DNA of 64,000 nt from Ignavibacteriota bacterium (GTDB taxonomy: Bacteria; Bacteroidota; Ignavibacteria; UBA10030), in assembly GCA_963701295.1 (NCBI GenBank), contig OY969585.1, positions 3,264,001-3,328,000 of the forward strand, in the 5' to 3' direction. A model generated the notes under the pieces. It saw only the letters and a program-made list of their open reading frames with translations. It made no database searches and was not told the DNA's origin. The position numbers were made by a program, and so were the translations under genes. How positions within the stretch are numbered: position 1 is the stretch's first letter; each line of letters begins with the position of its first letter. Shown in pieces: positions 50,031 through 61,632 of the stretch.

Positions 50031-51578
50031 TCACTTATTTATTTTATATTCCAAGCAGGCACGTTCGTATCCCATCTCACATGCTTGCCGCATATCTTGC
50101 ACCGCTTCAATGTTAGATCCTTTTTTTTCATATACCTTCCCGCGATAATAGAGTATCTCTGCATTGTCAGGTTTCAATGTTATTGCCGTATTGATAGAGT
50201 TGAGTGCATCGTCATACATTCCACGATTTGCATAGATAGTTGTAATTTTGACATATGCCAAAATATCATCTCGTTTTATTTCAATAGACTTATAGAAATC
50301 CTGTAATGCCGCATCTTCGTTATCTATTTGCAGATAACAGGAACCTCTATTATCATACAAGACATTATCATCCGGACGGAATCGAATAGCTTCTGTGTAT
50401 TCAGCAATAGCTTCATTAATCTGTCCCAATCTAATAAAATCATATGCTTTTTTTGAATGCTCAGATGATTGATTAATATCGCTCACAGACGATTTCTTCG
50501 GCGGCCAATCATCGTATGTATCTGCCTGTTTCGATTGTCTCATCATTTTCTGTGCATCAATAAAACGGTTCTGTTGAGCGATGGCTTGCGTTTTGCGGCA
50601 CAAATACTCCGGATCATTCGGACTCAGTTCCATTGCACGGTCATAGTCCTCCAACGCGTGCTTGTAGTCCTGCAATTTAGCATATGCATCGCCGCGGTCG
50701 ACATAATAGGAATGATAATTTGAATACTTCAACGCCTCTGTGTACATCTTCACCGCCTGGTCATACTTCCCCAGATAAGAGAATGTGCTTCCCTTGTCAG
50801 CTGGAATTGAAGCAGAAAGTTCTTTCATCTTCGGATTATAGACAGCAAGCTTTACACAGCTCGCAATGAATCCCTCCATCTTTTCATAGGAACCACCATT
50901 TCGCGGTGTCAATGTCTGCAAGTATTTCATTCTTACTCGATATCCATAGGGATGATATTTTGCGGCTTCAACAAGAGCATTGGTTATCAATTCCTCTTTT
51001 TCCAATGCCATTCCAATTTCCACTTTCAAAGCATAGCACACATCTATCCCGACATTCAATTTCAATGCTTGATCAATATTGAGGAGTGCAAGGGAATAAT
51101 ACCGTTCCATTTCTTTGTATTCATTTTGATCTTTTTCTATTGCACGTTTATTCCCGCGTGCATGCAAAGCACACGCACAATAGTATTCGGCATGTGCAAC
51201 GTATGGTGAATAGGAAGCTGGAAATTGCTTTGCCCAATTTTGCAGTACCGGTTCATAGGTAGAATCTGCTTTCTTAAACGCCTCAAATGCGTCAAAGACA
51301 TAGTCTTCCGTCTGGTAGTCTTCTTCAAAAGCGTGTTGAAACTCTTCCAGCATTGAGTTTAGAGATTGGAATGATTGTATTTTGAATTGCTGAAGTATCG
51401 CGGACTTGTCAACCTTACGGCGAAATCGGGATGTCTGCCCTAAAGACTGCATCGGCAATGTGACCATGAACATTGCAATCATATAGACAAAAACACCTAA
51501 ATGAATTTTTACGCGATCCATATATTCCCTGTGTGATATGATAGAACTTTTATTCCCCTCTCTGCCGATAATCGTCAT
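50031..51578 (-). CDS. Exported TPR protein with DUF4034-like N-terminal domain
   Basis: LQNWAKQFPASY...ARG...LTPRNGGSYEKM pattern followed by multiple TPRs. Confidence 0.75.
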   Translation of the reverse strand: MTIIGREGNKSSIISHREYMDRVKIHLGVFVYMIAMFMVTLPMQSLGQTSRFRRKVDKSAILQQFKIQSFQSLNSMLEEFQHAFEEDYQTEDYVFDAFEAFKKADSTYEPVLQNWAKQFPASYSPYVAHAEYYCACALHARGNKRAIEKDQNEYKEMERYYSLALLNIDQALKLNVGIDVCYALKVEIGMALEKEELITNALVEAAKYHPYGYRVRMKYLQTLTPRNGGSYEKMEGFIASCVKLAVYNPKMKELSASIPADKGSTFSYLGKYDQAVKMYTEALKYSNYHSYYVDRGDAYAKLQDYKHALEDYDRAMELSPNDPEYLCRKTQAIAQQNRFIDAQKMMRQSKQADTYDDWPPKKSSVSDINQSSEHSKKAYDFIRLGQINEAIAEYTEAIRFRPDDNVLYDNRGSCYLQIDNEDAALQDFYKSIEIKRDDILAYVKITTIYANRGMYDDALNSINTAITLKPDNAEILYYRGKVYEKKGSNIEAVQDMRQACEMGYERACLEYKINK

Positions 51579-51807
51579 TTATCAGAACTTGAGAATCATG
51601 ATTTTCCTCATCAAGATACTATATTCTTATATTCTCTTTTCATAAATGCCACATCATATTTATTCACCATTTTTCGTTGAGCTTGTTCGAAACCAAGAGA
51701 TTCATAAAATTCACGCAATTTTGATCTCTCTCCTGCACAATCCAACCGTAAAAAAAATACATTTCTTTTTAAACATTCTGATTCTGCAAATATAACCATT
51801 TCTTTTA

Positions 51808-52636
51808 GGTAATTAGGTAAGAATGTAACCATAGAATAATTGTAAGTATATTATTTTATGGCAAGTTCCAGTAAAATCAGTTACCATGACAACTTTTTGA
51901 GTGGAAAGAAGTGTGTGTATTGTGGATCGTTCAACGTCTGTCGAACGAAACGCGGCTACGTAAAATGCAACAAGTGTCAAAGACAAAAAGGAAGTCATCT
52001 TCTTCGGCGAGAGTTGAAAATCATTCTTGGTTTTTATCAACAGCAACCGGCGTATCGATTGGCAAATGATCTTGGAATAAATTATAAAACTGTTACCAGA
52101 GTCTATCAGCGCATTCGAGAAGCGATTTATCATGTGAGCGAACTTGAAGCTGGCAAGCTCAAAGGAGAAATAGAATTGGACGAAGCGTATTTTGGTGGTC
52201 GTCGCAAAGGCAAACGAGGACGCGGTGCAGGCGGAAAAAGTATCGTTTTTGGGCTTCTGGAGCGCAATGGACGGGTCTATACTAAGGTTGTTGATTCTGT
52301 CTCGGCCAATGAATTGATGGATCATATTCGACAACATACCAAGAAAGGATCGGTCTACTTCACGGACACCTTTCGTAGTTATCGCTCCTTGAAACGCTTT
52401 GGAAAACATCATACCATTAGTCATGGAAAGAAATTTCCGAAAACAAAGAATCATATTAATGGTATTGAAGGATTTTGGTCTTTTGCTAAACATGTCTTAT
52501 ATAATTATCGCGGTGTTTCAAAATATCATTTTCCTATGTATCTTAAAGAAGTTGAATATCGTTTTAACCATCGCGATGACAATTTGTTGAAACTCTTTAC
52601 TCTAATCTATTTCGGTTACGTTTCTACCTAATTACC
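51808..52636 (+). mobile_element. IS1595-family insertion sequence (829 bp)
   Basis: IRs GGTAATTAGGTAAGAATGTAACC / GGTAATTAGGTAGAAACGTAACC; 8-bp TSD TTCTTTTA / TTGTTTTA. Confidence 0.92.
51858..52631 (+). CDS. IS1595-family (ISXO2-like) transposase
   Basis: N-terminal CxxC..CxxC, ELDEAYFGG, GKRGRGAGGK, YFTD, HINGIEGFWS, YLKEVEYRFN. Confidence 0.93.
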   Translation: MASSSKISYHDNFLSGKKCVYCGSFNVCRTKRGYVKCNKCQRQKGSHLLRRELKIILGFYQQQPAYRLANDLGINYKTVTRVYQRIREAIYHVSELEAGKLKGEIELDEAYFGGRRKGKRGRGAGGKSIVFGLLERNGRVYTKVVDSVSANELMDHIRQHTKKGSVYFTDTFRSYRSLKRFGKHHTISHGKKFPKTKNHINGIEGFWSFAKHVLYNYRGVSKYHFPMYLKEVEYRFNHRDDNLLKLFTLIYFGYVST

Positions 52637-53192
52637 TTGTTTTATATAGCCTTTTCCAGCAAACGTACGCCTAACAGATAATTTATGTATAAAACCTGAT
52701 TCAAATGGTTTAATATCTTTCTAAAATAGTGGATTCTGCCATTGTAAAATCATTGCAGCTATAGATTGATCATTTTCCCAACCAACATACACATCTTTTC
52801 GAGATATTTCTTACAATAATTTATCAACGGTCAAATCATCAAGATGCCATAATGGTTTACCGATTTGCATTAACCATTTTGCTGCTTCCCGCATTATTTC
52901 AATTGCAGTTTCAACTTGTGTATTCTTTATTTCCACTGTTCAACCTTTACGACGACTATTTCACATAACTATTGTATGAATGTTCTGTTGTGTATTTCTG
53001 TCCAAATTGGCATACTCTATGCCATAACTTTGCTTGCAAAGGATTTAATAATCTCAGAAATGAAAATCACCCCATAGTCCATCGTATCACTCATCGCCTC
53101 ATAAGTGAAACAACTGTGGACAGGAAAGAGAAGACAGTAACCAGTGCATAGCAAAACAACAACTAATAACTCATTGGCTATTCTTTACTGTT

Positions 53193-55028
53193 TTATATTC
53201 TCAACAACTCACTTTCCTTCAAATATTCTTGAATACTCTTCACAGTCAATCCTCCCTCTTTCACTTTTTGAATTGCTTTCACCGCAGTAGCAGCGGCAGA
53301 GAGAGTAGTAATGAATGCGACCTTATGTTCCAGTGCCGCCCATCCGATGGCATATTCGTCGTATCGGGACGTTGCACCTAAAGGAGTATTAATGACGAGC
53401 TGAATCTTTCCATTCTTAATGAGATCTACAGAATTCGGACGGCTTTCATTCACCTTAAAAACTTTTTCACATAGAATAGTATGAGAGTTGAAAAAGTCCG
53501 CCGTTCCTACAGTAGCGATCAGAGAGAATCCTAGTGCTTGTAACTCTCGTGCAATGTTAAGCGATATTTCATTCTTATCATTATCATTCACGCTGAAGAA
53601 AACCGTTCCTCCTGTCGGCAAGGTGTTACTCGCCGCGATCTGTGACTTGGCGATGGATGCGCCAAAGTTATCGGAGATTCCCATCACTTCACCGGTAGAA
53701 CGCATCTCGGGGCCAAGAAACACCGTCGTTTGTGGAAATTTTGAAAACGGAAATACTGCTTCCTTGACAGATATGTGTTTTAATTTTCGGAAATCAAAAT
53801 TCTTATAACCAAGCTCATCCAGTGTCTTTCCTATCATCACCTTTGCGGCTATCTTTGCCAGAGGAACACCCGTTGCTTTACTCACAAACGGCACCGTGCG
53901 GGACGCGCGAGGATTGACCTCTAATACATACACAACATCATCCTTCATTGCAAATTGCACATTCATCAATCCTACAACCTTGAGTGCTTTTGCCAACTTC
54001 ACGGTGGTCGCCATGATTTCATCCAGTATTTTTTCCGACATCATATACGGCGGAAGGACACAGGCGCTATCACCCGAATGAATGCCCGCCTCTTCGATAT
54101 GCTGCATTACGCCACCGATCATAACATCTTTGCCGTCACAGACACAATCAACATCATATTCAAATGCATCTTCAAGGAAACAATCGATGAGCACAGGATG
54201 ATCCGGTGAGACATCGACAGCCTTTTTCATGTAATCACGCAATGCGTCCTTGGTATAGCATACTTCCATCGCGCGGCCTCCAAGCACATACGACGGACGC
54301 ACAAGCACAGGAAATCCAATTTGTTCCGCTACGAGTACTGCATCATTGACAGTGTGTGCTGTACCGTATTTTGGATGTACGACCTTGAGGTTCCGCAGCA
54401 ACGCGCCAAATCGCTCACGGTCTTCGGCTAGATCGATTCCTTCCGGCGATGTGCCGAGAATATGTACGCCGTTCTCGTCTAAAGCTTTGGCGATCTTCAG
54501 CGGTGTTTGTCCGCCAAAACTGACGATGACACCATACGGCTCTTCGTGGTCACAAATATTCAGCACATCTTCAAGTGTAAGCGGTTCAAAATACAACTTG
54601 TCAGTCGTGTCGTAATCGGTTGAGACAGTCTCCGGATTACAATTGACCATAATAGTCTCGAAGCCCTCTTCGCGGAGAGCCATGACACTATGCACACAGC
54701 AATAATCAAATTCAATTCCCTGACCGATGCGGTTTGGTCCGCCTCCGAGGATAACTACTTTCTTCTTGGTGCTTCTTACGGATTCATTCTCGCGCTCGTA
54801 TGTCGAGTAGTGGTATGGTGTCGATGCAGCAAATTCCGCTGCGCACGTATCCACCGTTTTGTATACCGGAATCACATCCATCTTCTTTCGCATTATCCGG
54901 ATCGCTGATTCTTTCGTCCCCCATATTTCTGCTAACTGACGATCGGAGAAACCGTACTCTTTTGCTTTCCGCAGAAGTTCGGGTGTTACTTTTCTAAATT
55001 TCTTTGACTCCAATTTACTTGCCTTCAC
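53193..55028 (-). CDS. carB: Carbamoyl-phosphate synthase large subunit, C-terminal part
   Basis: AKEYGFSD, DTCAAEF, GPNRIGQGIEFDY, RPSYVLGG, EVNPRASR, MGS domain. Confidence 0.93.
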   Translation of the reverse strand: MKASKLESKKFRKVTPELLRKAKEYGFSDRQLAEIWGTKESAIRIMRKKMDVIPVYKTVDTCAAEFAASTPYHYSTYERENESVRSTKKKVVILGGGPNRIGQGIEFDYCCVHSVMALREEGFETIMVNCNPETVSTDYDTTDKLYFEPLTLEDVLNICDHEEPYGVIVSFGGQTPLKIAKALDENGVHILGTSPEGIDLAEDRERFGALLRNLKVVHPKYGTAHTVNDAVLVAEQIGFPVLVRPSYVLGGRAMEVCYTKDALRDYMKKAVDVSPDHPVLIDCFLEDAFEYDVDCVCDGKDVMIGGVMQHIEEAGIHSGDSACVLPPYMMSEKILDEIMATTVKLAKALKVVGLMNVQFAMKDDVVYVLEVNPRASRTVPFVSKATGVPLAKIAAKVMIGKTLDELGYKNFDFRKLKHISVKEAVFPFSKFPQTTVFLGPEMRSTGEVMGISDNFGASIAKSQIAASNTLPTGGTVFFSVNDNDKNEISLNIARELQALGFSLIATVGTADFFNSHTILCEKVFKVNESRPNSVDLIKNGKIQLVINTPLGATSRYDEYAIGWAALEHKVAFITTLSAAATAVKAIQKVKEGGLTVKSIQEYLKESELLRI

Positions 55029-55213
55029 TTACCGTCCATTCCTTTAATCATTCCCATTATCGGTGAGACTCCAAAGAAACCTCACGTTTTTGACAAAACT
55101 AACAAAAAGAAAATATCCCTATTTATCGGGACGTTTGAAATTCAACAATCATTTTAAACATCATATCAGTTTTAAAGATCATGCTAAGTGATTTTGCTTT
55201 TGTTATAGACAAA

Positions 55214-56686
55214 TCATGCTCTGTATGAATACAACTCTTCTTCCATCTCAACGATTTGTTTGATGTTATAGAGAAACCACGGATCGATTCCTGTTGCCTG
55301 AAAGAGTTCTTCAATCGTCAAGCCGAGCTGAAATCCATATCGAAGGTAAAATATATTGTTTGGACGTGGAATTCTAATCCTATCCAGAACCTTTTGCTTC
55401 CATTCAATCTTCTCAGTCTCAGATAGCTCACGAACATTCACGATATCTTTTCCATCAGCACCGAGACCGAAGCGTCCTTGTTCCAGTGAACGAAGCGCTT
55501 TCTGCAGTGCCTCTTTGAACGTTCTGCCGATGGACATTGCCTCGCCAACCGATTTCATCTGCACACCGAGCGTATCGTCCACTCCTTTAAACTTTTCAAA
55601 ATCCCATCGTGGTATCTTCACCACACAATAATCAATGGTCGGTTCAAAGGAAGCAGGTGTTAATTTCGTGATGTCATTAGGAATTTCATCCAGCGTGTAC
55701 CCGACAGCAAGCATTGCGGCAATTTTCGCGATCGGAAATCCGGTTGCTTTTGATGCCAGCGCCGACGAACGCGATACGCGCGGATTCATCTCAATCACCA
55801 GCACCCGCCCATCTTTGGGGTTCACTGCAAATTGAATATTCGAACCGCCCGTTTCTACACCAATCTCTCGGATGACCTTAATCGAATCATCGCGCAGCCG
55901 CTGATATTCTTTATCGGTAAGTGTTTGCGCTGGCGCCACGGTAATGGAATCTCCTGTATGTACACCCATCGGATCGAAGTTCTCAATCGAACAGATGATA
56001 ACGACATTGTCTTTCAGATCGCGCATCACTTCCAGCTCATATTCCTTCCACCCAATGACCGATTCTTCAACGAGTACTTGATGGATGGGACTGCTGGTAA
56101 GACCGTGGACAACTTTTGTGCTAAACTCTTCAATGTTGTACGCAGTACCGCCACCTGTTCCACCTAATGTGAACGACGGGCGAATGATGATTGGAAAACC
56201 GATCGACTCTGCAACTTTCAAAGCTTCATCCAGCGAATTGACAAAACTACCTCGTGCGCTTTGAAGTCCGGCATGATCCATCGCCCTGCGAAACAATTCA
56301 CGATCTTCTGCCATTTTGATAGCTTCAAGTTTTGCTCCGATAAGTTCAACGCCATATTTTTTCAACACTCCACCTTCCGCCAGAGCGACAGCGGTATTCA
56401 ATGCCGTCTGACCGCCCATCGTTGGCAAAATAACATCTGGGCGTTCGCGTTCGATGATCTTTTCAACAAATTCTGGAGTTATAGGTTCTATGTATGTAGC
56501 ATCAGCAAATTCCGGATCGGTCATGATAGTAGCCGGATTACTGTTGACAAGGATCACACGATACCCTTCCTGACGAAGGACACGGCAGGATTGGGTTCCG
56601 GAATAATCAAACTCGCACGCCTGACCAATCACGATAGGACCAGAACCAATGATGAGGATGGATTTAATATCTGTCCGTTTGGGCAA
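55214..56686 (-). CDS. carB: Carbamoyl-phosphate synthase large subunit, N-terminal part
   Basis: [41 protein letters not shown]; TTG start after AAGGAG; ends with TGA. Confidence 0.93.
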   Translation of the reverse strand: MPKRTDIKSILIIGSGPIVIGQACEFDYSGTQSCRVLRQEGYRVILVNSNPATIMTDPEFADATYIEPITPEFVEKIIERERPDVILPTMGGQTALNTAVALAEGGVLKKYGVELIGAKLEAIKMAEDRELFRRAMDHAGLQSARGSFVNSLDEALKVAESIGFPIIIRPSFTLGGTGGGTAYNIEEFSTKVVHGLTSSPIHQVLVEESVIGWKEYELEVMRDLKDNVVIICSIENFDPMGVHTGDSITVAPAQTLTDKEYQRLRDDSIKVIREIGVETGGSNIQFAVNPKDGRVLVIEMNPRVSRSSALASKATGFPIAKIAAMLAVGYTLDEIPNDITKLTPASFEPTIDYCVVKIPRWDFEKFKGVDDTLGVQMKSVGEAMSIGRTFKEALQKALRSLEQGRFGLGADGKDIVNVRELSETEKIEWKQKVLDRIRIPRPNNIFYLRYGFQLGLTIEELFQATGIDPWFLYNIKQIVEMEEELYSYRA

Positions 56687-56776
56687 TTTTTCTGAGTATC
56701 TCCTTCATTAATTTGATCAATATAGACAGAACTCTCTTCCCATTCAATAAAAAAGGTTAATACAGGACATGGACGT

Positions 56777-56807
56777 TTCTGCACACAAAACCGGATAGTT
56801 CTGCACA
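56777..56807. promoter_or_regulatory. Direct repeat TTCTGCACA x2 (22-bp period) in divergent carB/acnA spacer
   Basis: Copies at 56777-56785 and 56799-56807. Confidence 0.35.
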
Positions 56808-56913
56808 ACAGTTAGTTAGTCCGCTCAACGTTTTCCAAAAAACCTTTTCCACCTGATTTTTTTTCGTATATTAGTAGCGTTAAAATGCTTTTTATCTGAC
56901 AAGGAAAGATTTC

Positions 56914-59900
56914 ATGAAAAGTGTCGATTCATATCGAACGACAAAAACCATCCGCGTTGACACAAAAACTTTTTCATTCTATTCCCTTCGTGTATTAGAA
57001 CAATCCATAGGCATTCAGCTTTCGCACCTTCCGATGTCACTGAAGATTCTGCTGGAAAATCTTTTACGACATGAAGATGGGAGGATTGTTCGAAAAGAAG
57101 ATATTGAAGGTTTGGTACACTGGGATTCAAAAGCACCACCAAACAAAGAAATCGCCTTTATGCCTGCACGTGTTCTCTTGCAGGACTTCACTGGTGTGCC
57201 TTGTATTGTTGATCTTGCCATCATGCGTGATGCGATGATCAAAATGGGAGGCGATCCCAATAAAATCAATCCTCTGCAGCCTGCAGACCTCGTCATCGAC
57301 CACTCGGTACAAGTGGACGAATATGGGACGCCTGAAGCTTTTCAAAAAAATTCTGCACTCGAATTTAAGCGAAACTACGAACGATATACATTTCTTCGCT
57401 GGGGACAACAGGCCTTCAAGAACTTCCGCGTTGTACCGCCGAATACCGGAATCGTTCATCAAATCAATCTTGAATATCTTGCACAAGTCGTCTTCTCTTC
57501 AGCAAAGGATGGTGAACTACTTGTTTATCCGGACACGCTTGTCGGAACTGATTCGCACACGACCATGATCAACGGGCTTGGTGTACTCGGCTGGGGCGTT
57601 GGAGGCATTGAAGCAGAAGCTGCAATGCTTGGTCAGCCAATTTCCATGTTGATTCCACAAGTGGTCGGATTCAAATTGCTTGGAAAATTACGGACGGGTT
57701 CTACTGCCACAGACCTTGTGCTCACTATAACACAAATGTTAAGGAGAAAAGGCGTTGTCGGAAAGTTTGTTGAGTTTTTTGGATCCGGATTGTCTTCACT
57801 CACGCTCGCCGATCGTGCAACCATCGCAAACATGGCTCCAGAGTATGGCGCAACGATGGGTTTCTTTCCTGCTGATCTCGAGACAATCAATTTTCTCCGC
57901 TTCACAGGACGGAGTAAAGAACAAGTTGCACTTGTAGAAACGTATCTCAAAGAACAAGGCCTCTTCCATACTGCAGAAACTCCGGAACCGGAATTTTCTG
58001 TTGTATTCGAACTTGACCTCGCTTCCATTGAACCAAGTATTGCTGGACCAAAACAACCGCAAGATCGTATTTCACTCTCAAGGGCGAAAGCTTCGTTTCG
58101 CTCATCACTTGTTGAGATTCTCGAAAGTAAAGGCGGTGCCATAGATAAGATGGCAGCGGCTACTTGGGCACATTATTCGGACGATTCAATAAAACCCAAT
58201 TTTCTCAAGAGTGTTAATGTCGAAATTGAAGGACACCAGCATAACCTGCAGCATGGTTCTGTCGTCATTGCCGCGATTACAAGCTGCACAAATACATCAA
58301 ATCCATCTGTCCTTATTGCTGCAGGACTGCTTGCGAAGAAGGCCATTGAGAAAGGATTGTTTTCGAAGCCTTGGGTGAAGACAAGTTTAGCGCCCGGATC
58401 GAAAGTAGTTACCGACTACCTTCGAGATGCAAACTTGATGCAGCCTCTGGAATTACTTGGTTTCCATCTCGTTGGTTACGGATGCACAACATGCATTGGT
58501 AATAGTGGTCCACTTCCAGAAGAAATCGCAAAGGCAATACAAGAGAACGATCTCGTTGCAGCAGCGGTTCTATCAGGAAATCGAAATTTTGAAGGACGCG
58601 TCAATCCGTATACACAGGCAAATTACCTTGCTTCACCACCACTCGTTGTGGCATACGCGCTTGCCGGAACGATGGATATAAATTTTGGGAAAGATCCTAT
58701 CGGCGTCGGGAAAAATGGTGAATCCGTATTTCTCAAAGACATCTGGCCATCTCCTCAGGAAGTGGAACAGACTATTCGTCAAAGTGTGAAGCCGGAGATG
58801 TTCAAGCAGGAATATTCCAATGTCTTTGAAGGTGACGAAAGCTGGATCAATCTACCTATCCCAACCGGAGTACAGTACCCCTGGGAGGCAGACTCGACAT
58901 ACATTAAAGCGGCGCCGTATTTTGAGAATTTTTCACGCGAACCACAACCTTTGCAGGACATTCATAACGCACAAGTACTAGCCCTTCTCGGAGATTCTGT
59001 CACCACAGATCATATATCACCTGCAGGTTCATTTACTGAAAATACTCCAGCAGGCAATTACTTGATGTTCTTAGGCATCCGGAAGAAAGACTTTAACCAG
59101 TACGGATCGCGGCGCGGCAATCACGAAATCATGATGCGTGGAACATTTGCGAATATTCATTTAAAAAACTTATTGGTTCCCGGCAAAGAAGGCGGCATTA
59201 CCATCCATCCTTCTTCAAAAGATCCAATATCGATTTACAATGCAGCGATGAAGTACAAAGATGATGGCATACCTCTTATTATTATTGCAGGAAAAGAGTA
59301 TGGATCAGGTTCATCGCGCGATTGGGCTGCAAAAGGCCCGGCTTTGCTTGGTGTACGGGCAGTTATTGCCGAGAGCTTCGAACGTATTCATCGCAGTAAC
59401 CTCATCGGGATGGGCATTCTCCCCTTACAATTCGAAGAAGGGCAGAATTATCAGATGCTTGGAATTTCTGGATTTGAAGCATTCGATATTGAAGGACTCG
59501 CTGACAACCTTAAACCAAGAAAAAAAATAACGGTTACAGCATTATCACAAGACGGCTCAAAGAAAAACTTCGTTGTAGTGTGCCGAATTGATACACAAAA
59601 TGAAGTTGACTACTACAAGCATGGTGGCATACTTCAATATGTATTGCGATCCTTATTAAAACCAGATCAGCCAATTATTGAACAACAAAAAAAGACTGTG
59701 ATCGAAGGCAAAACACAAAAATATCGGATTCTCTTCAATGGAGATATAGAACAGGGACAAGATCTTCCTGCAGTAAAAGAACGTCTTACTCAACTTTTTA
59801 AGACTTCACCGGAACAAATTAACAGACTCTTCACCGGCAAATCTGTTACAATCAATAATAATATCGATTATACCGCCGCACAAGAATATATTGCTGTATT

Positions 59901-61344
59901 GAAGAATGCGGGTGCACTCTGCTACTTTGAACCAATGAAGGTGATGCATACACCTCAAGCAGGCGATTTAATGAAGGGCGGACAACATTCCAAAGGTTCA
60001 AAGTCCGGTGGCCCTGTACACTCCGGTCTTTCATCATACAAGAAAAAGCTCTCGTCGAAAACAGGGCAATCGTACGAATTGAATTCCCCATTACATACTA
60101 CAGGATGTACACTCACAGCTGTAGGAATGATTTTCCTATTATTCTTGTACGTCTTTCTCATTCTCTTCATCGCAAGCAAAACATTTGACCACATTGTCGA
60201 TAATACTTCGCTTCTCGATGGAAAATCTCTCATCATAGGAATTCCTCTATATATCATTCCAATGTTCCTCGGGATATTGTTGATTATATCGATGCTCAAA
60301 CCTCTTATCGCACGACCTGCATCGAAACGCTTTTCCGTTGCTCTTTCCCGGAAGAAAGAACAGGCACTCTATGCTTTCGTTGATAAGCTCTGCCAATCCG
60401 TCGGCGCTAAGATACCTTCTACTATTGAAGTCGATTGTTCGGTGCATGCTTCTGCCGGGTTCCGACAAGGAATGATAGGGTTTTTAGAAGATGAACTTAC
60501 ATTGACGATCGGACTGCCAGCAGCGTCTGAATTGACAACAACAGAGTTCACAAGCTTGTTGGCACATGAGCTTGGCCATTTCACACAAAAGCTCGGCATG
60601 CGACTCTATTACATCATCACAAGCGTTCAGAGATGGTTTTACCGTCACATATTTGAAGAAGATAAAATCGATCAGAAATTGGCTGTCTTATCAATAACAT
60701 CAAGCGGCTTTTTGCGCTTATTTGTTTTGCCTGCCGCAAATCTTTCCGTTTGGTTATCTCGGAAAATTCTTACAGCGTTTATGTTTGCTGGAAATATCAT
60801 CAGCAGATTCTATATACGACTCATGGAGTTCGATGCCGACCGATATGCAGTGCGTCTTTCCGGTTCTGAGGCTTTTGAATCATCCCTTTCTAAACTGCAC
60901 TTGCTCAATATTGCTTTGAAGGAAGCATTTTCTCAGTTGAAAATGCAGAGAAGACCAGAAGATAATTCTTTGCCGAATGATTTCGTTCTTCTCATTTCTT
61001 CTCTTATGAAACAAACATCTACTGGGGATACTTCAAAAGCGAAAGAGGCAACGCTAAAAAACTTAATGGGAATTCCCGACAAGAATCCAACTGACCGCGA
61101 ACGCATTGAAAAAGTAAATAGTATACCTGCGAAAGCTGTACCCCAATCGGAAACTCTTGCGTCGACACTCTTTACTAATTTCAAAGAAACAGCCAAGATC
61201 ACATCTTCACGTCTATACCGAGAAGTTCTGGGTTTGCAGTTCAGCAAAGACTCCTTAGTCCCAACGGATAAATTTGTTAGTACATCTGGACAAACGCCAG
61301 AGATGACTGAGAATATAACCGAAATTGATACCAACTTTTTTTAG
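56914..61344 (+). CDS. acnA: Aconitate hydratase A fused to a C-terminal membrane M48 metallopeptidase module
   Basis: aa 1-915 AcnA ([43 protein letters not shown]); aa ~937-1007 small alpha/beta domain; TM helices; LAHELGH (HELGH at 60565-60579); EFDAD. Confidence 0.9.
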   Translation: MKSVDSYRTTKTIRVDTKTFSFYSLRVLEQSIGIQLSHLPMSLKILLENLLRHEDGRIVRKEDIEGLVHWDSKAPPNKEIAFMPARVLLQDFTGVPCIVDLAIMRDAMIKMGGDPNKINPLQPADLVIDHSVQVDEYGTPEAFQKNSALEFKRNYERYTFLRWGQQAFKNFRVVPPNTGIVHQINLEYLAQVVFSSAKDGELLVYPDTLVGTDSHTTMINGLGVLGWGVGGIEAEAAMLGQPISMLIPQVVGFKLLGKLRTGSTATDLVLTITQMLRRKGVVGKFVEFFGSGLSSLTLADRATIANMAPEYGATMGFFPADLETINFLRFTGRSKEQVALVETYLKEQGLFHTAETPEPEFSVVFELDLASIEPSIAGPKQPQDRISLSRAKASFRSSLVEILESKGGAIDKMAAATWAHYSDDSIKPNFLKSVNVEIEGHQHNLQHGSVVIAAITSCTNTSNPSVLIAAGLLAKKAIEKGLFSKPWVKTSLAPGSKVVTDYLRDANLMQPLELLGFHLVGYGCTTCIGNSGPLPEEIAKAIQENDLVAAAVLSGNRNFEGRVNPYTQANYLASPPLVVAYALAGTMDINFGKDPIGVGKNGESVFLKDIWPSPQEVEQTIRQSVKPEMFKQEYSNVFEGDESWINLPIPTGVQYPWEADSTYIKAAPYFENFSREPQPLQDIHNAQVLALLGDSVTTDHISPAGSFTENTPAGNYLMFLGIRKKDFNQYGSRRGNHEIMMRGTFANIHLKNLLVPGKEGGITIHPSSKDPISIYNAAMKYKDDGIPLIIIAGKEYGSGSSRDWAAKGPALLGVRAVIAESFERIHRSNLIGMGILPLQFEEGQNYQMLGISGFEAFDIEGLADNLKPRKKITVTALSQDGSKKNFVVVCRIDTQNEVDYYKHGGILQYVLRSLLKPDQPIIEQQKKTVIEGKTQKYRILFNGDIEQGQDLPAVKERLTQLFKTSPEQINRLFTGKSVTINNNIDYTAAQEYIAVLKNAGALCYFEPMKVMHTPQAGDLMKGGQHSKGSKSGGPVHSGLSSYKKKLSSKTGQSYELNSPLHTTGCTLTAVGMIFLLFLYVFLILFIASKTFDHIVDNTSLLDGKSLIIGIPLYIIPMFLGILLIISMLKPLIARPASKRFSVALSRKKEQALYAFVDKLCQSVGAKIPSTIEVDCSVHASAGFRQGMIGFLEDELTLTIGLPAASELTTTEFTSLLAHELGHFTQKLGMRLYYIITSVQRWFYRHIFEEDKIDQKLAVLSITSSGFLRLFVLPAANLSVWLSRKILTAFMFAGNIISRFYIRLMEFDADRYAVRLSGSEAFESSLSKLHLLNIALKEAFSQLKMQRRPEDNSLPNDFVLLISSLMKQTSTGDTSKAKEATLKNLMGIPDKNPTDRERIEKVNSIPAKAVPQSETLASTLFTNFKETAKITSSRLYREVLGLQFSKDSLVPTDKFVSTSGQTPEMTENITEIDTNFF

Positions 61345-61378
61345 TATTACATTAAACGAATAATTGGATGAACACGCT

Positions 61379-61627
61379 ATGCCCATTTTTGATTATCGAT
61401 GTACTAGTTGTAACACGATTTACGACATCCTGCATAAGGGGAAGGAACTGAATGAGGATATACTGTGTCCTCACTGCGGTTCGCATCGGCATACGAAATT
61501 AATCTCTTTGCCGAGTATTATAACAAAAGGAACATCTTCGGCGCATTGCGATCAGGGGATGTGTGGAATGGAAAAATCGTGCTGCAGTGATAGATGTTCG
61601 CTTAGTGGAACAAGCGGATTGAATTAA
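61379..61627 (+). CDS. FmdB-family zinc-ribbon protein
   Basis: MPIFDYRCTSC...CPHCGS...KLIS plus Cys-rich tail. Confidence 0.85.
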   Translation: MPIFDYRCTSCNTIYDILHKGKELNEDILCPHCGSHRHTKLISLPSIITKGTSSAHCDQGMCGMEKSCCSDRCSLSGTSGLN

Positions 61628-61632
61628 TTCTT

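Larger units (their letters stand above)
51611..52936 (-). pseudogene. GNAT acetyltransferase pseudogene, IS-interrupted, with two nonsense codons
   Basis: GTG 52936 EIKNTQVETAIEIMREAAKWL...IHKLSVRRTFAGKGYIK | IS | EMVIFAE...LRLDC...LREFYESLGF; removing the IS plus one TSD restores the frame. Confidence 0.85.

Noticed and set aside
49491-52820. Stop-codon reassignment or read-through
   Set aside because: Internal stops are of mixed types and confined to decaying genes; intact genes end normally with TAA, TAG and TGA.
49350-53030. Integron attC-like GTTATGT sites upstream of the Rho_N-like and GNAT genes
   Set aside because: No convincing RYYYAAC partner or paired L-boxes, and no integrase in the window.
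55029-55213. Self-splicing intron or IS in carB
   Set aside because: Only 185 bp, with no group I/II motifs, terminal IRs or clear TSD; the downstream part has its own RBS.
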